Origin: Leptolyngbyaceae cyanobacterium | Lineage (GTDB): Bacteria > Cyanobacteriota > Cyanobacteriia > Phormidesmidales > Phormidesmidaceae | Length of the DNA stretch: 64,000 bases | Assembly: GCA_965263355.1 (NCBI GenBank) | Contig: CBDHHL010000046.1 | Span: 32,001 to 96,000 of the forward strand | Direction of reading: 5' to 3' | Shown: in pieces, positions 1-9,200 of the stretch | Layout: every line of letters starts with the position of its first letter | Position numbering within the stretch: the first letter of the stretch is position 1 | Translations under genes and position numbers: made by a program | Notes under the pieces: model-generated | Seen by the model: the letters and a program-made list of their open reading frames with translations, nothing else | Database searches by the model: none | Told to the model about the DNA's origin: nothing

Positions 1-110
1 GCCGCCTCAGTGAATTCAGAAATGGAAATAACCAAAGTCGCATCGTCTGCAATACGGTCTTCTGAATACTCATCGGTCAATGGCTTGTCAAACCGAGCAG
101 CATCATCCAT
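1..110 (-). CDS. 5' end of a hypothetical protein running off the window (MDDAARFDKPLTDEYSEDRIADD...)
   Basis: ATG at 110 with AGGAG about 10 nt upstream; the frame is open to position 1. Confidence 0.6.
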   Translation of the reverse strand, partial: MDDAARFDKPLTDEYSEDRIADDATLVISISEFTEA

Positions 111-125
111 AGTACAAGCACTCCT

Positions 126-464
126 ATGCCAGTAATCCTAAGCCAGGCAGATGAAATTTTGCCGACAAAATATAAGAGAATGCACTGGCTAAAACCTTGC
201 CTAGAAGGGTTGAAATTTCTGTGTGGGGACGACGTACTAGACGTTAAAGCTACTTTATCCATATCGACTGACCCCCTATGTTGTCAGATTATGATACCTC
301 TCAAGAGACCTCTGCAAAAAAATTCTAGGGAACCATGTAGGTGGTACTTGAGGTATTGGGCCATATCCGCAAATTGTGAAGTCCCCGCTATAACAATTGA
401 CAAGCAACGCATTTACGCAAAAGTCTTCACTAAGACACGATATGAAATTAAGGAGATGAATTGA
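126..464 (+). CDS. Hypothetical protein
   Basis: 112-aa ORF whose stop overlaps the RNase HII start; no recognisable motif. Confidence 0.35.
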   Translation: MPVILSQADEILPTKYKRMHWLKPCLEGLKFLCGDDVLDVKATLSISTDPLCCQIMIPLKRPLQKNSREPCRWYLRYWAISANCEVPAITIDKQRIYAKVFTKTRYEIKEMN

Positions 465-1024
465 ACAAATTAATTGGGGGCCTAGACGAGGTGGGTTTGG
501 GGGCCCTTGCAGGACCTATAATCATAGCCACGACAGCCTTTCGAGTAACCCTCAACAAGCCAAAAGGTTGTGAAGACTCTAAAAAGCTTAGCCAACTACA
601 AAGAACAAAAATGGCTCAAACTCTGGTTGAAGAGCTTGCGTTTCTCGGCGTGGGTTGGGCCTCTGTCAAAGAAATAAATCAACTAGGCGTGGCTGAAGCC
701 TGGCAGCTTGCTGCTGCCAGATCTCTGGAAAAATGTCCAAAGTTAGAAATGCTTGTTGTAGATGGAGAGCGCCCTGTACAGAACTATGACAGTTCCCAAA
801 AGGTTGAGCCCAAAGCCGATCAACATTGGTGGCAATGTTCCGCAGCAAGCATAATTGCTAAAGTGGTGCGAGATACAGAAATGCGTGCCTTGGACAAGTA
901 CTATCCTCAGTATGAATGGCTATCTAATGTCGGATACGGATCTAAGTCGCATAGACAAGCAATCCATAAACACGGCCCATGTCCCGAGCACCGAGAGCAA
1001 TTTATCAAGAATCTTAAAACTTAG
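461..1024 (+). CDS. rnhB: Ribonuclease HII
   Basis: GGLDEVGLGALAGP, DSKKL, VVDG, KAD...SAASIIAKVVRD, NVGYGS, GPCPEHR motifs; AAGGAG before the TTG start. Confidence 0.93.
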   Translation: MNKLIGGLDEVGLGALAGPIIIATTAFRVTLNKPKGCEDSKKLSQLQRTKMAQTLVEELAFLGVGWASVKEINQLGVAEAWQLAAARSLEKCPKLEMLVVDGERPVQNYDSSQKVEPKADQHWWQCSAASIIAKVVRDTEMRALDKYYPQYEWLSNVGYGSKSHRQAIHKHGPCPEHREQFIKNLKT

Positions 1025-1349
1025 GAAACTTATCTACAGGCTCCTCAGGCAACCCCAGTTTAGTGTACCGTTCCAACTCCAAAGTAATAACTGTTCCAAT
1101 CAAGGAGACGCTAGATGACCAACGTCTTATATTTCTAACCTCTTCTGAACTTAACCCACGTTGACGAGCAGGTCTTAGGCCTGTAACCAACCTACAATTC
1201 AAAGCAATAGTTCTCAAACTCTCTTTTAGAATCCCTTCAGGAGTCTTTGGCACAAGTTGAGCACAAAGTGCACGTACCTCCTCAAGCTTACTCACAAGAA
1301 GCTCATCATCGAGCTGCGACGGCGTGTCCTTGTCTTTGATACTTTCCAT
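1014..1349 (-). CDS. Hypothetical protein
   Basis: ORF directly downstream of dcd; likely start MESIKD at 1349 after GAGGGA. Confidence 0.55.
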   Translation of the reverse strand: MESIKDKDTPSQLDDELLVSKLEEVRALCAQLVPKTPEGILKESLRTIALNCRLVTGLRPARQRGLSSEEVRNIRRWSSSVSLIGTVITLELERYTKLGLPEEPVDKFPKF

Positions 1350-1884
1350 CGTTTTTCCCTCGAGAGCCATAAGGCTTCTCAGCTGGCGCACAAAGATTAA
1401 ACCGGAGCTGACATATTCCTGCGCCTATATATAGCGGCACAGGCTCACGCCCCAAATTAGTTAATTCCAAGGTCACATGCCCTGTCCAACCAGCTTCTAA
1501 TGGGGTAGTATTACACAAAATAAATTGACGAGCATATGTTGACTTCCCAACTACCCAGCCACAAATGGTTGGAGGTAGTTTTAACCGTTCTACAGTCGAA
1601 GCTAAAATAGAAGCTCCACCCTCAAGGTAATACACCTCATCAGTAAAGACATGATTTTCTCCCTCGATATCAAAATGCTTACTGAGGCGAGCATCATAAC
1701 CATGAGGACTCAGACCTGCCGATGGCGTATAAAGTCCGTTAGGTAATCGACGCGCAGCAAACTCAGCTTCAAAATGTTCAATATCAAAAAGTTCTGTCTC
1801 ATCTTGTGGTTGGTGCTCTTTTGAACTTCTGCGTTGTTTAGTTTCTTCAAGTAACTTCTTTATTTCCCAATCAGCTAAAAACAT
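1306..1884 (-). CDS. dcd: dCTP deaminase (trimeric dUTPase superfamily)
   Basis: GLSPHGYDARL, GKSTYAR, TPLEAGWTGHVTLEL, GICQL, GKYQRQ motifs. Confidence 0.9.
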   Translation of the reverse strand: MFLADWEIKKLLEETKQRRSSKEHQPQDETELFDIEHFEAEFAARRLPNGLYTPSAGLSPHGYDARLSKHFDIEGENHVFTDEVYYLEGGASILASTVERLKLPPTICGWVVGKSTYARQFILCNTTPLEAGWTGHVTLELTNLGREPVPLYIGAGICQLRFNLCAPAEKPYGSRGKNDGKYQRQGHAVAAR

Positions 1885-1892
1885 AACTCCCC

Positions 1893-2354
1893 CTACTCAA
1901 CATCCAGTAGTTGATCAAGTTGTTCTAAAAATTTATCCAACAAGCCACCCTCTTGACTTGAGGCTCCCATAAGACCTTCAAATAATAAAACGTAGGATTC
2001 TAGTTCAGGAACAAAAGAGCATTTCACATTTCCCATCCAAACTTTAGAAGCACTAGTATGCAGCAACTTCGGAAAATTTTCTGGAAATTTTAGTCCGTCT
2101 ATTTTCTGCTCACAGCGGCCAGGTACATAAGTTTTCTTGACCCACCGCCCCAAAAAATACGTATCCTCCCGACCTGCCCTAGGAAATAGTTGAACGAGTA
2201 ATCCTTCCTCTTCAACACGCCAAGAAGCAAAAAAGGTAGTAAAACAAGAGATCATCTGAAGATTCTTAGGCAAGGGAATCAAGCAAGGCTCTGCCTCTTC
2301 AACCATTTGCTTGCACAACTCAATTTGGTTTTCCGTCGTCGGAGTAACTTCCAT
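1893..2354 (-). CDS. Hypothetical protein
   Basis: 153-aa ORF in a tightly packed minus-strand run. Confidence 0.65.
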   Translation of the reverse strand: MEVTPTTENQIELCKQMVEEAEPCLIPLPKNLQMISCFTTFFASWRVEEEGLLVQLFPRAGREDTYFLGRWVKKTYVPGRCEQKIDGLKFPENFPKLLHTSASKVWMGNVKCSFVPELESYVLLFEGLMGASSQEGGLLDKFLEQLDQLLDVE

Positions 2355-3153
2355 TGGATGATACTAAACGAAGATCGGGTGCCTTTGTTGACCTTTTTTC
2401 CAAAACGAAATTTTTAAGCTGCTTAATAGTGCTACTCATCTGAGCACCTTCCCCAAAGCACATACTATGTAGGTTAACCAACTCCCTTGAATACTTGGCC
2501 ACAAGTGCAGCTGTCTCTGGAGTATCTGGCGCATTCCGAAGAGCATCCAATCGCATGTAAACCATCAAGTGTGTCTCTACCAGGGCAGTTCTAGGATCTA
2601 CCTGAGGATTAAACCCAGCGCGCCACAATGCTTGATCTTTCGTCCCTTGGAGGGCTGCCATATAAGCATCTTGACATGACATTCCTGCCAATAAAGCGTA
2701 CCATTGAGCAGCAGAACAATTATCTATATCCCAAAAATACTTAGCATACTGATTTATCACTTCTTCTGAGATCGAGTACTTAAACCGCTTCTCCACACGA
2801 AGACAAATCTCTGACACATCTAGACGTCCCAGAGTTAGAATCTCAATAACTTCCTTTATCTGAGGTTTGTACTGCAACTCTAATGTTTTCTTAAGCGTAG
2901 CACTCGGAAACCTAAGTTCAGATACACCCAACAAAGATAACCACTCTTGAGTATATTTGTGCCTTGGGCTACTCCAACGAACTGATTGCAAAGGCTGGGC
3001 CTCTAACAAAAGTCTATCGAAAACATCTTCAGAAACCTGAGGCAGGTTAAACGCAGACAGTATCAGATTGACTGAACTGAATTCAACTTGGTCTCCTTTT
3101 GCAATATCTTTTGCAATCAGGAACTTGATATATAACTGGCTTGGGTGCCCCAC
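2320..3153 (-). CDS. Hypothetical protein (helical)
   Basis: 277-aa ORF, GTG start after AGGAGG. Confidence 0.7.
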   Translation of the reverse strand: MGHPSQLYIKFLIAKDIAKGDQVEFSSVNLILSAFNLPQVSEDVFDRLLLEAQPLQSVRWSSPRHKYTQEWLSLLGVSELRFPSATLKKTLELQYKPQIKEVIEILTLGRLDVSEICLRVEKRFKYSISEEVINQYAKYFWDIDNCSAAQWYALLAGMSCQDAYMAALQGTKDQALWRAGFNPQVDPRTALVETHLMVYMRLDALRNAPDTPETAALVAKYSRELVNLHSMCFGEGAQMSSTIKQLKNFVLEKRSTKAPDLRLVSSNGSYSDDGKPN

Positions 3154-3163
3154 AAGAACCTCC

Positions 3164-5089
3164 TCAGGAAAACTTGACTTCTTTGTTCTTCAATGTCTTT
3201 AGGCCTTTGACAGTATAATCTAGTGCGACAAGTGCTCTTTCAACAGCAGTTTCTGGGACTTCTGTTATGCCTAATCTTATCGCTATAAGCAATTCTGCTA
3301 AAGAGGATAGAGTTCTTTCAAACTCTGGAATCAAAGTAACAAAAGTAGCTAAGTTTTCAGGGGTAATAAATCCCAAACTCAGGATTCTATCCACCGTCAA
3401 TGTATTTGGGATGACGGCAGCCTCTTTTAATAAGAACTGGGGCTTTGGCAAATCAAGACTAGACAGATCTTGAGCTAACAATGCCTTTGCCTCTTTTAGT
3501 TTGAGATGGTGAGGAATTATTGCTTTTGATGAAGCAAATTTTACTGATCCATGTAGCTCAGCCAATGAGAACAATTCTGGCAAATCTTTGGGATGTAAAC
3601 CACCAGCAACAGCTAGAAACTCAGCGGCACTCTTTGTCATAAAGTGCCTACTACTATCAAGATTTTGATAAGGAAACCCTCTTAGCGAGTATGAGGCTCC
3701 ATCATATATTAATTCTGCTGTCTTTACATTCTCATCTATCAGCACCTGTGAAGGTTCATCCACTAAACTTAGAGGATTTTCTTCGTCCAGCAGCATCCAC
3801 TTATAAGAAGCAGGTAAACAGATAACGCCGTCTATACCCACTGAAGGGGATGATAATTCAGCAAAAAAACAAATATCCCGTGTCAATCCCGAATGCGGAA
3901 GACTGACGGAGTATACCGCCTCCCCATCCGGAGAAACAGAAGATGCCACAACTCTCATGGGTGGAAAACATACAGCTTCCCCATCCACATAATGATAAAG
4001 GATCCCAAAACCCCCAAAAGGATCCTCAGGTAGTACGGTAGCTTCTCCAGAATACCGACCTGCTACTAAAGGCTGGTAGCTATAATTTATACCATTTGTA
4101 AACACAAAGAAATCGCTCGGTTGACCCGTCAAGGTTACAGTTGGAATGGCTATTCCTGCCAGCTGTTTTCCACTGACATCCTGCACGACCCAAGTCCCAT
4201 GCCTATCTATCAAACCAAATGAAGCGTGCTTTTTGAGAATTTTTGCTTTTGATTCTTTTGTAGAAAAAACAACACTACCCTTTTGTTCAAGTTCTTTAAA
4301 AGCTTGCTTTACTAATTGTTTGGCTGCTCTCCTATCTAATAGTTGACTTGTTTTTTCGTAAAGATCACAATTCGCCCAATTAACCTGATAGGTATCAGTG
4401 TCAGTTTTATTTACTTGAATAACATCTGGAGGAACACAGGCAGTTTTAACCGTGTCTAAGTCTGACTGGCTTATTGGTTCTAATTGAGCCGCCGTGTGGA
4501 ATGCGGCTCGAACTCCTGGGGTTGCAACAGTACTAATATGATTTAACAGAGAAGCTTCCTTTAACTTCTCTTGAAACTCAACACATTGAGTTGCATTAAC
4601 TTTGCCCTGTAGAGCGACCAGTGCGGAACCAATTTTAGTGGTCTCTACTGGAGGTTGTAAAGTAGAATAGATACTGGACTCTGGAGGTCGATTTCCAGTG
4701 GCAGAGAAAGTCTCTGGTTGAAATAGTGCCGCACGTAATCGTTCTTCGTTCAGAGGATAATACATGCCATTAAACTGAAAGACATCCAGTGGACTCATTT
4801 TGGAGTCTTTAATAATGACAGGAATCATGACAAGTTTTGGGGATTGAGTGGGTCTGCCTTGGTTTCTTGGTATAGAAGCAACAACTACAGAACCGTAGCC
4901 AGTCCCCTTATTTTCATCCACTTGTATAAGTTGTACGGTTACCTGAAACTCACTAAGATAAGGAACCTGAGAAAACGCCTCTGACAAAATCTCTGAGTTC
5001 CACTGCTCAACATTATCACTTAAAGGAGTCAGCATACCCGCAGACTTAGAAATGCCAAATCGTAATTCTGTATCAATAAAAATGGACAT
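3164..5089 (-). CDS. Probable virion head-associated protein, K-x-A rich
   Basis: 641-aa ORF with SD; about 10 K-x-A tripeptides; in the structural block. Function is inferred. Confidence 0.55.
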   Translation of the reverse strand: MSIFIDTELRFGISKSAGMLTPLSDNVEQWNSEILSEAFSQVPYLSEFQVTVQLIQVDENKGTGYGSVVVASIPRNQGRPTQSPKLVMIPVIIKDSKMSPLDVFQFNGMYYPLNEERLRAALFQPETFSATGNRPPESSIYSTLQPPVETTKIGSALVALQGKVNATQCVEFQEKLKEASLLNHISTVATPGVRAAFHTAAQLEPISQSDLDTVKTACVPPDVIQVNKTDTDTYQVNWANCDLYEKTSQLLDRRAAKQLVKQAFKELEQKGSVVFSTKESKAKILKKHASFGLIDRHGTWVVQDVSGKQLAGIAIPTVTLTGQPSDFFVFTNGINYSYQPLVAGRYSGEATVLPEDPFGGFGILYHYVDGEAVCFPPMRVVASSVSPDGEAVYSVSLPHSGLTRDICFFAELSSPSVGIDGVICLPASYKWMLLDEENPLSLVDEPSQVLIDENVKTAELIYDGASYSLRGFPYQNLDSSRHFMTKSAAEFLAVAGGLHPKDLPELFSLAELHGSVKFASSKAIIPHHLKLKEAKALLAQDLSSLDLPKPQFLLKEAAVIPNTLTVDRILSLGFITPENLATFVTLIPEFERTLSSLAELLIAIRLGITEVPETAVERALVALDYTVKGLKTLKNKEVKFS

Positions 5090-5098
5090 GAAACCCCC

Positions 5099-6292
5099 TC
5101 ATGTAGTTGTATTGGTTTGCGAAAGAATCTGTTGAAGTTGCGCTACATCTGAAGCCAACGCTGGAAAAGCTTGAGGAGACCCTGGTGGCGAGGATGGGCC
5201 TGCTGTCCCTTGTACCAGCTTATTTAAAACAGAAGTCAGTAAATCAACTAGAGCAGTGCCTAAAACAAGTGGCTCACCCCCAGAACCACCTACTGCTACA
5301 TTGCCTCCGAGCACAATAGAATCCGCATCGACATCCAGAGTTGAGGCCTCAACTTGCGCGCCAGATTGGGACGTCAATGAGAATTGACCTATACTAGATA
5401 AGGACATCGTTCCTCCAGCACTCATTGACAAGTTCCCGTCTGTAGCTTCAAAAAGCAAATCACCCTCCTCCACGGTCAATGTCGTATTCCCTGTAACGAC
5501 TTGAGTCCAAGTACCCTCTATATCCCAAGTGACATTACCCTCTTGAGATACTTGAAGTGTAGCTACTGTTGCTGCGTCGGAAGCTCCAGTAGCGTTTACT
5601 AACAAGGACAATCTTAAACTCTCATCCTCTTGATGAGAACCCATTCGAAGAACCGCAGTGTGGCCTACCTCATTTGCTTGCAATTTGCTCTTTATGCTAA
5701 ACGAAGTTAATTGATTCCCATCTGTATCTTCTACAGTTCGACGAACCGTATAATCTAACTCTCCTGCTAAAGATTTTAGCTGGTAATTTTCTGCTACATC
5801 CCGGATCAGATTACCCAACGGAATATACATACGTTGAGCTAAAGGCGTGGAACCAACTTGAACTACCCCACCCCGACGAAGAATTATAAAATTTTCATCT
5901 CGAGTTTTTAGCATCATATCACCAGGATTTAAGACGCTTCGATTTGAACGGTAATTAACAGCTGGTGCTTCAGATTCTGCCTCATCACGTTCATCTACAG
6001 GAGCTGCCCAGCCTAAAACAAATGGCTGCGCCATAGCACCCGTAGAAGGCGTACACACCCAGACCAGAGAACCTACTTCTGGCATTACATATATCCCTTC
6101 TCCATTAGCAAAATGGAAATAAGGAGACATACATTGTACCTCTAAAAACTCTCTTCCACCATATTCAGAGATGGCATCCACCGTCCAATCCTGAACATTC
6201 ACATTAACTATACGAGCTTTTTCTACCAGAGCAGGAAAAAAGCCAGATTCAGCAACACCGCCAGTGACTGATTTCTTTCGTAACGTTCTCAT
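5099..6292 (-). CDS. Gp5/GpV-like baseplate central spike
   Basis: N-terminal OB-fold-like segment (ARIVNV...GEGIYVMPEVGSLVWV), T/S/G-rich beta-helix-like repeats, C-terminal GGEPLVLGTAL. Confidence 0.7.
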   Translation of the reverse strand: MRTLRKKSVTGGVAESGFFPALVEKARIVNVNVQDWTVDAISEYGGREFLEVQCMSPYFHFANGEGIYVMPEVGSLVWVCTPSTGAMAQPFVLGWAAPVDERDEAESEAPAVNYRSNRSVLNPGDMMLKTRDENFIILRRGGVVQVGSTPLAQRMYIPLGNLIRDVAENYQLKSLAGELDYTVRRTVEDTDGNQLTSFSIKSKLQANEVGHTAVLRMGSHQEDESLRLSLLVNATGASDAATVATLQVSQEGNVTWDIEGTWTQVVTGNTTLTVEEGDLLFEATDGNLSMSAGGTMSLSSIGQFSLTSQSGAQVEASTLDVDADSIVLGGNVAVGGSGGEPLVLGTALVDLLTSVLNKLVQGTAGPSSPPGSPQAFPALASDVAQLQQILSQTNTTT

Positions 6293-9200
6293 TTAGTATT
6301 TCCATGCTTCATCTGGGTTCTTGGATTGCCCAAACTCTAATCCAAATGCCGCAGCGGGGATAGGGTGTGTTCCGTGCAGATCACTGACCCATCCTTCAGC
6401 AGCGCCGTCAAGGATTGTATCTTTTAAGTGCGTTGCCTGCATCCGAGCAAGCCAATCAGACCTCAATTCTCTTGGAAGAACGTTGGTGCCTTTAAGGATT
6501 GGTCTAGCAAGTAATTGTTCCCCTTTAGTCACTGAGGAATTGTATCTGTTCACCTCGGAAGCAGCAACCTTGTCTCCCTTTAGGAAAGTTGGGTGGTCTT
6601 TTGGGTCTTCTATCTCCGCCAAATTGGTAAGCGTCCTTACAAACACTTCCGCGTTTTTACGCAGGATGGGCGTACGGCTATAACCACCCAAGTTGGTCAG
6701 TTCATCCGTAACGTAATTTCTTACAGCAGAGATGCCAGTTAGTGGAAGCATCTCCAAAGGATTTTTAGGGCCGCCAGAAAGTGCATCTCCTTTTTTAACT
6801 TTTTGCCCCTTAGACACAACAGGAGATTGTCTAGCAGATAAATAATGTTTAGTGCCCGACACATAAATATTCCAACCTCCAACCACTTCATCTTTTTCAA
6901 TCTTGTCTATATTGCCAGATTGTTTAGATAGGACTGCGGAACCTGGCAAATTCTGTGGGAACTTCACCAGCTGCACAACCCGGTCAAACTGACTTGCCAC
7001 ATCGGAACCTTTGGCTCCAGCAACGCCACCGGTGTGAAAGGCATTCATAGCCATCTGTGTCAAAGGCTCACCTATTGCGTGCACAGCCTTTACTCCCAAG
7101 TTGTCTCCCTTTTCTGGGAATTGACCCATTTCATTTAGACCATAACAACGAGAGCACACGCCATCATGAGCTTGGCATTTTAGAGGTGTTCGTGCAGTAA
7201 AGGCTTTTACTCCGTTGTTCTGCATGCGCGTGAGCATTTGGGGCGTAACCACTTCTCCCGCCTTCAGAACACCCTTGCCTTTCAAAGAAACATCCACAGC
7301 TAAAACCCTATCGATAGCTTGATTGTCTGTGGGCGAAAACATGTTTCCTTCTTTCGTTCCACAATCTATCTCAGACACCAGATGGTCCATAGATGTCTGC
7401 ATCATCTCTTTTACCTGAGCACCAGGAAGCTGCGTTCCCTTAACACGACCAATAGTACCCTTTCTAGCGCCATACATAGAAGCCCAATAACTAGCAGTAT
7501 CCAAACCTTCAGAGTAAGACTTCTCTATAGAAATAGGGACAATACGCTCTTTACTGTCAACAACTGCAAGAGGTGTGATTGTCATTTGCTTAAACTGGTC
7601 CCAGTTACCTCTGGCTTGAGCCTTAACCCACTGATACATCTTGTTATTAGATTTATCGAATTTGGGCTTTGTTGCCTTATCTAAAACAATGCGAGCCTTA
7701 TTGTACAACTCTGCAAGAGCCTCATTTCTCTTGGCCTTGTTTCGAACTGACTTGTGGATCTCTCTTTCTCTTTCTTTAACTTGACGAAGGATATTATCCC
7801 TAGGCCCTTTCATGGCCTTAAAGTCTTCTAACCCAAAACCATAACCAGTCGCATGCACATTACCCATGTCCTTCAATGTGTCCGCTACATCCCGAAAAGT
7901 TTCTGCATCAGCTTTTTGCCCAATCTCACTCAAAAGCTTAGTTAAGTTCCTCTTATCAAGTTGTTGACCTTTAAATAGGTGCTTATATTCCTTAGGGAGT
8001 GATTGCTCTATAAGCATACGTCCAACTGTGGTGTGCTTAGCTTTATTTTCAGAGGCCTTCTTAATTCTATCCTGCAAGAAATTAGGGACCTCTTTCGTCG
8101 CATCTCTGATCGTAACTACGTCTGTGATCCCAATCTTTCCTTGTTTAACCGCTTTGGCTGCCGCAGCACCTGTTTGAAACACCAAGCCTGTTTTCTTTCC
8201 ATCTGTTCTTGTTAATTGGTGCAGCCCCAATAAGGATTCATGAGTAGGTCTAAACATCAGACCTCCATGAGAAGAACTAAACAGGTTTTTTGACGGAAGC
8301 ATTTTCCAGGCCTCATCTACCGCCTTATTAGAAATAGGGACAAAGGCAGCCATCTTATCTCCGTCAAAGTCGGCATTAAAACCACCTGTAGCGAGAGGGT
8401 GAATTTTAATCGCACTGCCTTTTGTCAAGACGGGCTTAAAGGCTTGGACGCCGTATTTATGTAATACAGGGTCACGCTTCAACAGTACAGGCCTGCTTTT
8501 CATCTCAGCTTCTAACATGTTGTAGACGATCGGCTCTTTGTCTTTTATAGCCTGCACTGCTTGTCCTGGAGCATAGCCAGATTGTCTCATTCGTCGCATG
8601 ACGAAAGGTTTATAAGCCGCCATTGCAGCAGATTCAGGCAAAGCGACCTCATCCATTCCCAAACTAGGCTCTGGAACGATTACGCCTCGCATGGACATAT
8701 CCTGCCGTTTACCAATGACTTTAGATTGGAAGAAAGCATTCTTCGGTTGAGTCATGCCCGACTTTCCGCCAATCAACTCAAGGATGCCCTTTCGGTGTCT
8801 TTGTTTGTACTCCATCCCAGTTAAACTCAGACCCTTTAGACCGTCATACAGACTGGCACCCAAAGATGTCATTTCTTCCGCCTCTTTTGGTACACCTAAA
8901 TCTTGGAGATCTTTTAACTGTGTGTTTATCGTACCCAACTGACGATACATCTCAGTCACATCGTCAGTCCTTATGTCACCGCTATCTAACACAGTTACTG
9001 GTCGCATTTTGGGCGGTAACACAGGAATATGTTGTAGCGTATACGCCTGACGTGCATTCAACTTTCGCTCATTCAGCACTCTCAGATATTTTATTTTTCT
9101 AGAAGCATCATTTAACCTGGGGCCTTTCAAACCTTGTACAGAAGCTTCCAGCTTTTGTAACTCACTACTAACATCGATTTTATCTAGTGCAGAAACTATA

